This document shows, in pieces, positions 56,011-64,000 of a DNA stretch of 64,000 nt. The position numbers and the translations under genes are program-made. Positions within the stretch are counted from its first letter, which is position 1. The number at the start of each line of letters is the position of its first letter. This DNA comes from an uncultured virus (IMG/VR IMGVR_UViG_3300011113_000633) (lineage: Duplodnaviria; Heunggongvirae; Uroviricota; Caudoviricetes), in the IMG/VR virus record IMGVR_UViG_3300011113_000633; one strand, given 5' to 3'. Below the pieces are notes generated by a model. That model made no database searches and was not told where the DNA came from. It saw nothing but the letters and a program-made list of their open reading frames with translations.

Positions 56011-56044
56011 AATCAGTTTATCAAATAGGACGAGGAATAACACG

Positions 56045-56557
56045 ATGGCAAAAAGTAAATTTTCAGGACCGTTTCTACCCTTCCCACGTTGGGTACTTCA
56101 ATATCTTGGCAATGACTCAATCAGTAAAGTAGTATTATTAACTGTATTACTTTACATGGATGCTGATACCCAAGAACTAACAACTTCGTATGGACACGTA
56201 GCCAAATTGACTGGCTATTCGCGCAGAACCATCATTCGTTCTGTCAACCGCTTAGTTTCTGCTGGTGTCCTTATTCGTAAAAACCGTTCGGGCAAGCATG
56301 GAAACATCAGCAATAAGTACATCGTAAACTTTAACAATCCATCTACCCTAGTGTCTGCACAGACACCACCTAGTGTCCTCACTGACACCACTGGTAGTGA
56401 CACGTCTGACACCACCCCTAGTGTCCCCAGTGACACCCAATCAAGAATAACAATAAACAAGAATAACCATAACAAGAATCTCTCTTTCAAGAAGGAGAAA
56501 AAAAAGGACGAAATTACAAATGGTTACGTTATAGACGAAACGCTATTGTCAAAATGA
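56045..56557 (+). CDS. Replication initiator (winged HTH, lambda O-like)
   Basis: SY..VA..TG.SRRTIIR.V..L...G.L...R....SN.Y; internal iterons; upstream of DnaC/DnaB. Confidence 0.8.
   Translation: MAKSKFSGPFLPFPRWVLQYLGNDSISKVVLLTVLLYMDADTQELTTSYGHVAKLTGYSRRTIIRSVNRLVSAGVLIRKNRSGKHGNISNKYIVNFNNPSTLVSAQTPPSVLTDTTGSDTSDTTPSVPSDTQSRITINKNNHNKNLSFKKEKKKDEITNGYVIDETLLSK
56349..56480. repeat. Four 19-bp iterons plus A-rich repeats (candidate replication origin)
   Basis: TAGTG(T/A)C-N6-GACACC at 56349, 56371, 56395, 56419, followed by three CAAGAAT repeats. Confidence 0.75.
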
Positions 56558-56916
56558 ACGACGACTGGGGAAAGGCTCTAGGCTCAGATGAGGAGAAACC
56601 GATGATTACTAAAATGTCCACAAAAACAAAAAATACAACTATGGCTTTAGTTTACCACTTCAATAAATCCATAGAGTACCCAATGAACTTTGAAGTAAAC
56701 GCTTTGGCTTTGTCCAAAACATTTAAGACTTTGCGCGACAGTGGGGTTTCCTACGTTGACATGTACAACATGATTGACAGGTTCTTTTATGAAATCAAAC
56801 AAAAACCATTGCCAAAAGACGTGGCTACATGGGCAGCATTTATTAAACGACGAGACGATTTACTTCAGTGGGTGACAGCGAACTCTTCCAATTCCGACGT
56901 GTCGGAGTGGAAATGA
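56554..56916 (+). CDS. Hypothetical protein (replication module)
   Basis: ATGA coupling. Confidence 0.7.
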   Translation: MNDDWGKALGSDEEKPMITKMSTKTKNTTMALVYHFNKSIEYPMNFEVNALALSKTFKTLRDSGVSYVDMYNMIDRFFYEIKQKPLPKDVATWAAFIKRRDDLLQWVTANSSNSDVSEWK

Positions 56917-57131
56917 AAAAATGGTGGTTTTTCATAAAAGCATTTAACATTATTTTTAAAGTAAACACTGTTAAACAACAAGAAGAAAAAATTGAAATGT
57001 ATGTTTGTTCTTTGTGCGGGAGCATATACTTAGACAAACATTCGTACCTTACGCATTATAAAGTTGATGCGTGCACAGCACCAATGTATATTTTACCTAG
57101 CGACCCATTACACATAAAGGACACACTATGA
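56913..57131 (+). CDS. Small zinc-finger protein
   Basis: YVCSLCG..Y......H....C. Confidence 0.6.
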   Translation: MKKWWFFIKAFNIIFKVNTVKQQEEKIEMYVCSLCGSIYLDKHSYLTHYKVDACTAPMYILPSDPLHIKDTL

Positions 57132-57766
57132 CAACAGGATGGAAAGGTGCTCGTTACTGGCGTAACAGGCCAATTGAAGAAAGACTAAGTAACTTACGAG
57201 TTCCACGGCGATTTGAATCAATGACATTGGAGTCATACGACAAGTCAACTGGAGACCAAGATGTTTACTATGCGGTTATGACTTGGTTAAAAAATGCAGA
57301 AGAAAACATCGCCACTGGAACTGGTTTGTATTTGTTTGGTGGCACTGGTGTAGGTAAGACACATCTTGCCATTGGTTTGTTAAAAGAAGTAGTTGCCAAA
57401 GTTCAAATTAGTGGTTACTACATACCAACCACAACATACATGGAAATGATGTATGACGAACTAAACAATGAAGGCACTCTTCCAGAAGAGTATGAATCTC
57501 CCTACACATCAAAATACTTACGAGCAGTTTATGACGTAGTTGTTCTTGACGGACTAGGAGACGAAAACGACACAGACTTTACACGCCGTTCAATTACCAA
57601 TTTACTAAATCAAAGAATCAACAATAATCTTCCAACAATTATTACAAGCCTATACAACCCTAAAAAGTTATCTTTGCGTTACGGAGAACGCTTTGTTTCT
57701 ATTTTGCAATCGGCGTGTCGGCTTGTTCCTGTATCGGGAACGGACCAACGCAATGCAGGGAAATGA
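57128..57766 (+). CDS. dnaC: DnaC/IstB-like helicase loader ATPase
   Basis: GLYLFGGTGVGKTHLA, VVVLDGLG.E, R....LPTIITS. Confidence 0.88.
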   Translation: MTTGWKGARYWRNRPIEERLSNLRVPRRFESMTLESYDKSTGDQDVYYAVMTWLKNAEENIATGTGLYLFGGTGVGKTHLAIGLLKEVVAKVQISGYYIPTTTYMEMMYDELNNEGTLPEEYESPYTSKYLRAVYDVVVLDGLGDENDTDFTRRSITNLLNQRINNNLPTIITSLYNPKKLSLRYGERFVSILQSACRLVPVSGTDQRNAGK

Positions 57767-58184
57767 CATTGGTGAGTACTGGCAAAAAGGACAAGGCGTA
57801 GTTTTTGAAGGAGTTCTGACACAATTGTCGGACAGCCTTATTGCTAATTTTTATAAACAACGAGGTAATTGGAAAAAGTATTTGTCTTTATCCAAACCAT
57901 GTGAGTTGCCGTTAAAAGCAATGATAGATAGTTACAGCCGATTGGGTATAGCAACAGATGTTTATACTTTTATAGACAACGATGCAGTTGACGCAATTAA
58001 TGATTGGTTGCTGAGGAAAGGTATCTCGGTGGGTGTAATGTATTACCCCTCGGTGGAAGAACTAGCATACGATTTAAAGTTTCAACGTTCAGTTAGGACA
58101 ATATATGTTGAAACGCAAGAGCAAGCATCTATCATTGGGATACGTTCTCACGTAGTGGACACAAAGAAAGCGTGGATTAATTAA
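57753..58184 (+). CDS. Hypothetical protein (degenerate HAD-like)
   Basis: MQGNDI...VVFEGVL. Confidence 0.6.
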   Translation: MQGNDIGEYWQKGQGVVFEGVLTQLSDSLIANFYKQRGNWKKYLSLSKPCELPLKAMIDSYSRLGIATDVYTFIDNDAVDAINDWLLRKGISVGVMYYPSVEELAYDLKFQRSVRTIYVETQEQASIIGIRSHVVDTKKAWIN

Positions 58185-59440
58185 TGTCAAGTTCAGAGCA
58201 CTTACTAATTAGCAAGGTAATCACTGACAACGAAATCTTGCCCGTAATTGAAGCAGGGGTTAAACCACAGCACTTCTCAGCGCATTGGTCAAATGTTTGG
58301 GAATGGGTTGTTACCTATTGGCGAGAACACAACGCCGTTCCTTCTGAAAGAGCATTTAGTCAAGAACATGCCAATGTCTCTTTGGTGGACTCTTCCCGTG
58401 AGCAATTCTCCAACCTAATTGAGGAAATGCTTGAGTCATACCGTCACCAGAAACTTGTAGAAACGCTTGCAACAGCGGTCCCTATGCTGAACAACAATTT
58501 GACTTCAGAAGCGTTACACGCGCTTACAGAGGGCTTACAGACCGCTTCAGCCGATGTTGCCAGGTTACGCGACATCAACCTCATTGAAACTTGGGAGCAG
58601 CGAGTACAACGTTACCAATTGATGAAAGATACACCTAACGCCATCCGTGGAATACCAACTGGATTTGGTGGATTGGACAGGATTACATCTGGGTTACGAC
58701 CACAGCAGTTGATTACTTTTGTTGGTGAGGCAAAGAAGGGCAAATCTTTGATTACCTTGATTATGGCAAACGCCGTACACACTCACGGTAAGGTTCCGCT
58801 ATACATCTCGTTTGAAATGAGTGCAGAAGAACAATCAGCACGATACGACGCTCTTATTGCTGGAATATCGCACACAAAAATAATGCGAGGAGACTTAACC
58901 AATGCCGAAATTGAACGCATTAGAAAAGCAGTGTCAGTGCGAAAGAACATGCACCCATTTATTTTGTCTGAAGACATTTCGTCTTTGACCACAGTCAGTG
59001 CAATTGCAGGAAAAGTACAGCAACACAAACCTGATTTGTTAGTAGTTGACGGTGTATATTTGATGGATGACGAACAAGGTGAGCCAAAAGGTTCTCCACA
59101 AGCACTCACCAATATCACTAGGTCGTTAAAGCGCTTGGCTCAACGATTTGATATTCCTATTGTCGGTACAACTCAAGTGTTGAGTTGGAAGATTGGAAAC
59201 CGAAAAAGCAGGCAGATTACTGCTGAAGCCATTGGGTATACATCGTCTTTTGCTCAAGACTCTGACCTAGTGGTTGGCGTAGAGTCAGACCCTGATATTG
59301 AAAACCAAGCAATCTTGAGAGTGGTGCTTGCACGTACAGCACCAAAAGGCGAAGTAAGGATTAATTGGGATTGGAACAACATGGACTTTTCAGAGGTAGA
59401 AGATGACACTAACGATAGCAATGACAACTGGTATTACTAA
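58184..59440 (+). CDS. dnaB: Replicative DnaB-like helicase
   Basis: GIPTGF..LD.IT.GL, GKS, SFEMS, VVDG.YLM, LK.LA, QDSD. Confidence 0.92.
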   Translation: MSSSEHLLISKVITDNEILPVIEAGVKPQHFSAHWSNVWEWVVTYWREHNAVPSERAFSQEHANVSLVDSSREQFSNLIEEMLESYRHQKLVETLATAVPMLNNNLTSEALHALTEGLQTASADVARLRDINLIETWEQRVQRYQLMKDTPNAIRGIPTGFGGLDRITSGLRPQQLITFVGEAKKGKSLITLIMANAVHTHGKVPLYISFEMSAEEQSARYDALIAGISHTKIMRGDLTNAEIERIRKAVSVRKNMHPFILSEDISSLTTVSAIAGKVQQHKPDLLVVDGVYLMDDEQGEPKGSPQALTNITRSLKRLAQRFDIPIVGTTQVLSWKIGNRKSRQITAEAIGYTSSFAQDSDLVVGVESDPDIENQAILRVVLARTAPKGEVRINWDWNNMDFSEVEDDTNDSNDNWYY

Positions 59441-60332
59441 TTTTCGTGACGTCCTTGACGCAATAGGCGTTGATGTTCGCCGTGAGTCTGGCAATGAAAT
59501 CATTGGCTGTTGTCCAGTACATGCAAAACGAACTGGGAAATTAGACAGGTCTCCATCATGGTCAATGAACGCTTCTACAGGATTGTGGATTTGCCATTCA
59601 TGTGGGTCTCGTGGAAACTTACCGCAGTTGATTGCCGAAGTTACTGGAAGTTACGAATCCGTATCCACAATATACAACTTGTTAATGAACTCTGGAATGG
59701 AGCAACTAACACGTCCTAAGTTGGAAAAGGTTAAATCAGATGTGGACTGGGAAATGTATATGTTTTTTGACAACCCTCCATACGAGAAGTTGTTAGAACG
59801 TAATATCAAAGCGGTAGTTGCCGAAAGGTTTGGTATCCGATGGGATACGTCAAAACAAGCGTGGATTATTCCAATCATTTCTGCATCAGGAGATTTGATG
59901 GGATGGCAAGAGAAGTCACCAAAGGGAGTTCTCAATCAACCTGTAGGTGTTTCTAAATCAGAAACTTTGTTTGGTATTGACCGTTTTAATATACGAACAG
60001 CAATTTTAGTAGAGTCCCCACTAGACGTAGTTAGGGTTGCTTCAGCATATTCAGGAGTACAATGTTTAGCCAGTTTTGGAGTACAGGTCAGTAAAAAACA
60101 AATAGAACTATTAAGCAATGTTTGTGATTATTTAATTGTGGCGTTAGACAATGACGAGGCTGGAATGACGGTAGGTAAAAAGTTGTTTAAGCACCTTCCT
60201 ACTTTTCGTGAAGGTATTAAATGGCTTTACTACGGTCACACTAAAGCAAAAGACTTGGGTGAAATGTCAGACGAAGAAATTGGTATTGCCATAACAAAAG
60301 CAACTGTTCTTCCTTGGTGGGTAAATGTTTAA
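59403..60332 (+). CDS. DNA primase (zinc finger plus TOPRIM)
   Basis: CPVH...PS...CHSC; VES..D; LDNDEAG; KD. Confidence 0.9.
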   Translation: MTLTIAMTTGITNFRDVLDAIGVDVRRESGNEIIGCCPVHAKRTGKLDRSPSWSMNASTGLWICHSCGSRGNLPQLIAEVTGSYESVSTIYNLLMNSGMEQLTRPKLEKVKSDVDWEMYMFFDNPPYEKLLERNIKAVVAERFGIRWDTSKQAWIIPIISASGDLMGWQEKSPKGVLNQPVGVSKSETLFGIDRFNIRTAILVESPLDVVRVASAYSGVQCLASFGVQVSKKQIELLSNVCDYLIVALDNDEAGMTVGKKLFKHLPTFREGIKWLYYGHTKAKDLGEMSDEEIGIAITKATVLPWWVNV

Positions 60333-61869
60333 GGGAACGTTATACCCATTTCAAGAAGAAGCCCGTGAAAAAATGGTTGACAGGGGCAAGATGCTTTTAG
60401 CGGTAGTCATGGGTGGTGGCAAAACTGTAATCACTATCAACTCTCTTGAAACATTGTTTGAACAACAAGAAATCACAAGGGCAATCATTATTGTTCCCGC
60501 ATCTTTAAAGTATCAATGGCTGAGAGAAATTACAAAGTTTACAAACTCACGAGCAGTAGTAATTGATGGCAATGCAAAAATACGAGAAACATTATGGCGT
60601 TCCGCAATACGAGCAAGGTACGTCATAGTCAATCCTGAAACTTTGTTAAACGACCAGCACATGTTTAACTCACTGCGGTTTGAAGCAATGGTTATAGATG
60701 AAGCAACAATGATTAAATCACCGCGTGCTAAACGTTCAAGGCTTCTTAAAAAACTTGGTAAAAAATGTCAATATCGTTTTGCCTTAACTGGTCAACCAAT
60801 TGAAAACAAACCAGAAGAATTGTTTTCTATTATGGAATTTGTAGATGAAACTGTGTTGGGAAGGTTTGATTGGTTTGATAAAACCTTTATTGTTCGCGAC
60901 AAGTTTGGCAGACCAACACGTTATAGAAATCTAAACGTACTTAATAAATCAATGGAACTAGCAATGGTTCGTAAGAATAGAAAAGATATTCAAGACCAAT
61001 TGCCCGAAGTTATATCAACAGTTATACCAGTTCAGTTTGATGAGTTGGGAGCATTGGCATATAAAAATATTGCCAATGATTTGCTTAAACAGATACAACA
61101 GGCGCTGAACACTCATGGCAAAGGCTTTGATTTATGGTCTCACTATCATGGAAATCCAGCAGCAAATGAAGCGCAGGGTCAAATCATGTCGCGGTTAACT
61201 ATTCTGCGTATGCTTTGCGACAACCCAGAATTAGTTTTGTTCTCGGCAGAAGAGTTTGTTAGGGCAGACGGGGATGTGGGAAGTAAATACGCTAAAGAAG
61301 TTATGGACAATGGTTGGGTTAACGGCAATCTTAAAACTCCAAAAATGGATGCCGTTATTGATTATATGACGGAGATACTACAAGAAGACCCAAACAATAA
61401 AATTGTATTGTTTTCATTTTTTAAGAAAAATCTTAAACTATTGTCTGAGAATACTAAAAGCATTACCAAATCAGTTTTGTTTACTGGGGATATGAATTCA
61501 ACTGAAAAAGATGCCGCTAAACAAAAGTTTATTAAAGACCCAAACACACGTTTGTTTTTGTCTTCAGATGCAGGTGGTTATGGTGTTGACTTACCCCAAG
61601 CCAATTACCTAATATCTTATGACCTTCCGTGGTCTGCTGGTAAATTAGACCAACGAGAGGCAAGAATTATACGACTATCTTCACAACACCCTCACGTTAC
61701 AATTGCATCATTCGTAATGAAAGGGAGTATTGAAGAAAGGCAGTATGAAATGCTTCAACAAAAGAGAGGAATTAACGAAGCGTTTATTGACAAAGGTTAC
61801 GATACACAAGGTAGATTTGAGTTGACACTTAATTCATTAACAGAATTCCTACAACACTCGGAGGTGTGA
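60325..61869 (+). CDS. SNF2-family helicase
   Basis: MGGGKT, DEAT, LTGQP..N, G..GVDL..A, DLPW, Q...R..R. Confidence 0.92.
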   Translation: MFKGTLYPFQEEAREKMVDRGKMLLAVVMGGGKTVITINSLETLFEQQEITRAIIIVPASLKYQWLREITKFTNSRAVVIDGNAKIRETLWRSAIRARYVIVNPETLLNDQHMFNSLRFEAMVIDEATMIKSPRAKRSRLLKKLGKKCQYRFALTGQPIENKPEELFSIMEFVDETVLGRFDWFDKTFIVRDKFGRPTRYRNLNVLNKSMELAMVRKNRKDIQDQLPEVISTVIPVQFDELGALAYKNIANDLLKQIQQALNTHGKGFDLWSHYHGNPAANEAQGQIMSRLTILRMLCDNPELVLFSAEEFVRADGDVGSKYAKEVMDNGWVNGNLKTPKMDAVIDYMTEILQEDPNNKIVLFSFFKKNLKLLSENTKSITKSVLFTGDMNSTEKDAAKQKFIKDPNTRLFLSSDAGGYGVDLPQANYLISYDLPWSAGKLDQREARIIRLSSQHPHVTIASFVMKGSIEERQYEMLQQKRGINEAFIDKGYDTQGRFELTLNSLTEFLQHSEV

Positions 61870-61870
61870 C

Positions 61871-62266
61871 ATGGAAAAAGAATATGACGAACAATACTTA
61901 ACAAAACTTGTAGAAGACTTTGTATCACAAAAAAAACTGTTGTCTCAGTTAGAAACAAGGGTTGACAAGATTAAAAAAGAACTAAGCACCGTTGTTGAAC
62001 AACATGGAACTCCAGACGACAGCGGTCACATTTGGTTGAACATTGGTGGACACGAATTAAAACGTGAACGTCGTGTTAGCAAATCATTCAACGCAACGCA
62101 AGCGGAAGAGTGGGCACGTGAGCAAGGATTGTGGGACAACGTAAAAGAAGTTATTGAACGACTTAGCGAAGACAAACTTTTACAATTAGCATGGGAAGAC
62201 AAAGCACTTCTCACGACAGTTCAAACTTTCTACACAGAAAAAGAAACTTGGGCATTTAAAGCGTGA
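61871..62266 (+). CDS. Hypothetical protein
   Basis: GGAGG RBS; coiled-coil N-terminus. Confidence 0.7.
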   Translation: MEKEYDEQYLTKLVEDFVSQKKLLSQLETRVDKIKKELSTVVEQHGTPDDSGHIWLNIGGHELKRERRVSKSFNATQAEEWAREQGLWDNVKEVIERLSEDKLLQLAWEDKALLTTVQTFYTEKETWAFKA

Positions 62267-62691
62267 AAGACCCGTTAGATTTTTTTAATGATTTGCCTGA
62301 TTACCCTGGTGGTCGCACACCAAAAAACAGGGGTAAAAAGGTAAAAGCAATTGCCGATGATAGATACAACGGGGCAAAGCCCAAGAAGTATATAATCAAC
62401 GGTCAAGAGGTAGTGATGTTTACCATTGGCGACTTAGCCAAAGCAATAGGTAAACGTCCTTCCACGTTGCGAGTTTGGGAGCATCGTGGTTGGCTTCCCA
62501 AAGCCAAGTACCGAACACCAAAACCTGTGAAGCAACAAATTCCAGAGAAAACTTCACAAGGTAGGAGGCTTTACAGTTTAGAACAGGTAGAGTTTCTTTT
62601 TGAAGCAATGGACCGTTTTAAAGTACGTGAGATTAATCACGGAGATTGGAACGGTTTTAGAAAACATATCAAAGATAATTGGCCCCAATAA
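62263..62691 (+). CDS. MerR-like HTH DNA-binding protein
   Basis: FTIGDLAKAIG.R.STLR.WE..G.LP....RRLYS.EQV. Confidence 0.8.
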   Translation: MKDPLDFFNDLPDYPGGRTPKNRGKKVKAIADDRYNGAKPKKYIINGQEVVMFTIGDLAKAIGKRPSTLRVWEHRGWLPKAKYRTPKPVKQQIPEKTSQGRRLYSLEQVEFLFEAMDRFKVREINHGDWNGFRKHIKDNWPQ

Positions 62692-62711
62692 ACACACAAA
62701 GGAAAAATACA

Positions 62712-63374
62712 ATGCCAAGAAATTATGACGTAGTAGAATTAACACCGAATACAGAGCAGGACACACCTGCTCCAGAAGAATCAACTCGCAAACTACTTCG
62801 CGGTGGTTGGCAACAAGTTGATGTTTTGAAAAGCGCAGACTCTCAGTACGCACAGCGTTTGAAAGTTTCTGAGGACGTTCAAGTAATCAAGTTTTTGGAC
62901 GACGAACCATTTGCAGCATGGCACCAACACTGGGTAGAGCGTGAAGGTCAGAAATCCTTTATCTGCTTGCGTGACCTTGAAGAGCGTGGATGCCCACTGT
63001 GTGAGACAGGTAATCGTCCGTCACAACGCATTGCGTTTAACGTTGCATTGTTGGCTGTAGGAGCCAAACCAGTAGTTCGTTCATTTGAAGTAGGACCACG
63101 AGTTGTTGACCAACTTCGCAATTTGAACAAAGCACCTCAAACTGGTCCATTGACCAAACACTATTGGGCTGTAAGTCGCACAGGTAAGGGCGCTACAACT
63201 GCATACAATTTGCAGGCTATTCGTGCTCGCGACCTACAAGAAGAATGGAAGATGGAAGAGATTGACGAAACTTTCATGTCGTCATTGCGTGAAGACCGTT
63301 ATGACGCAAGCATCATGAAGGTTCCTACCTACGCAGACCTTCTTTCAGTTGCATCAGAAGATTTAGGGAAGTAG
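62712..63374 (+). CDS. Single-stranded DNA-binding protein (gp32-like)
   Basis: IKFL....HW......C...CPLC; SR.G.G..T.Y; AAAGGA RBS. Confidence 0.7.
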   Translation: MPRNYDVVELTPNTEQDTPAPEESTRKLLRGGWQQVDVLKSADSQYAQRLKVSEDVQVIKFLDDEPFAAWHQHWVEREGQKSFICLRDLEERGCPLCETGNRPSQRIAFNVALLAVGAKPVVRSFEVGPRVVDQLRNLNKAPQTGPLTKHYWAVSRTGKGATTAYNLQAIRARDLQEEWKMEEIDETFMSSLREDRYDASIMKVPTYADLLSVASEDLGK

Positions 63375-63377
63375 ATA

Positions 63378-64000
63378 ATGGGGAGCGTAAAACCTCCCAT
63401 TATCACAACCTTAGAAGAACTTGATGAACTTATTAGCGTTGTTAATGAGGTTGGGGCGTTTGCTTTTGACGTTGAAACACAGTCAGTGCTTGAGCATCAC
63501 CCCGACCTATTACAACACTTAGAAAAAGATTTTCAAGAACATGTTAAGGGTTTAAAAAGCAAAAGCCCTGACATTATTCAAAGAGCACATGATAATTTGG
63601 TAGAAGAATACCTTAAAGAGATAGCAGTAAATCCTTTACGCAATGAAGTGTTTTGGATTGGAATTGCAACTAAAGGTCACTCATGGGCAATACCAATGGG
63701 TCACAAAGTTGGTCCGTTGCTAGAAGCAGAAGAGGTGGGAGATGGAAGCACAGTACCACCTGTTGGCTATCGTAAAAAGTTAAAAAATGGTCAAGAGTCC
63801 ATGGCAAAGGCTAGATACATAAAGCCCGCTGTTTATGCTGAGCCAATAAAACAATTATCACGAAGCGTTGTCTTTGAACGTTTAAAGCCTTTGTTTTTTA
63901 GCGACCTAATTAAAGTTGGTCAAAACGTTAAGTTTGATGCACGGTCTATTTCAAAGTACTACGGTGCTATACCACCAGGACCTTATGTTGACACAATGCT
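63378..64000 (+). CDS. polA: Family A DNA polymerase, N-terminal 3'-5' exonuclease (runs off the window)
   Basis: Translated by hand: FAFDVET (ExoI), KVGQNVKFD (ExoII), DTM. Confidence 0.85.
   Translation, partial: MGSVKPPIITTLEELDELISVVNEVGAFAFDVETQSVLEHHPDLLQHLEKDFQEHVKGLKSKSPDIIQRAHDNLVEEYLKEIAVNPLRNEVFWIGIATKGHSWAIPMGHKVGPLLEAEEVGDGSTVPPVGYRKKLKNGQESMAKARYIKPAVYAEPIKQLSRSVVFERLKPLFFSDLIKVGQNVKFDARSISKYYGAIPPGPYVDTM

Noticed and set aside
56349..56437. Mini CRISPR array
   Set aside because: Repeats are 19 bp with 3-5 nt gaps inside a CDS and no cas genes; iterons fit better
1..64000. Stop-codon reassignment, tRNA genes or prophage integration
   Set aside because: The standard code gives dense full-length genes ending in all three stops; no cloverleaf, integrase or host flank was recognised by eye (tRNAscan not run)

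Overview
This 64 kb window is part of a large, AT-rich tailed dsDNA phage with a contractile tail (myovirus). The host is very probably actinobacterial, possibly freshwater Acidimicrobiia, inferred from the ferredoxin type, the PA14/Thr-rich surface protein, the leaderless promoters and a Shine-Dalgarno element matching the actinobacterial 16S tail. Layout: (1) 1-1.26 kb is a GC-rich control segment with three copies of a TTGGTG-N18-(T/G)AGNNT promoter and three CRP-type TGTGA-N6-TCACA boxes. (2) 1.3-12.9 kb is an array of small accessory genes: three ADP-ribosyltransferase-like, three ParB/Srx-like, a three-member paralog family, a HicA-like gene, a ferredoxin and a reverse-strand glycan operon. 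Many of these share a short N-terminal tag (MAAHEHLN / LNxEQF), the best candidate here for an undescribed system, possibly a capsid-loading signal for injected effectors. (3) A PA14 mucin-like membrane protein and modular fibre genes follow. (4) Then a Gly-rich protein, three 2OG-Fe(II) oxygenases and a flavin halogenase. (5) Then terminase, lysis cassette, phosphoesterase, Ntn protease, portal, scaffold, major capsid, neck, sheath, tube, tape measure and baseplate. (6) A structured RNA carrying a perfect SD/anti-SD loop precedes the replication module: an initiator with four iterons, DnaC, DnaB, primase, SNF2, SSB and a truncated family A polymerase. All calls come from reading motifs by eye; no database searches were run. 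No tRNA, CRISPR array or integrase was seen.
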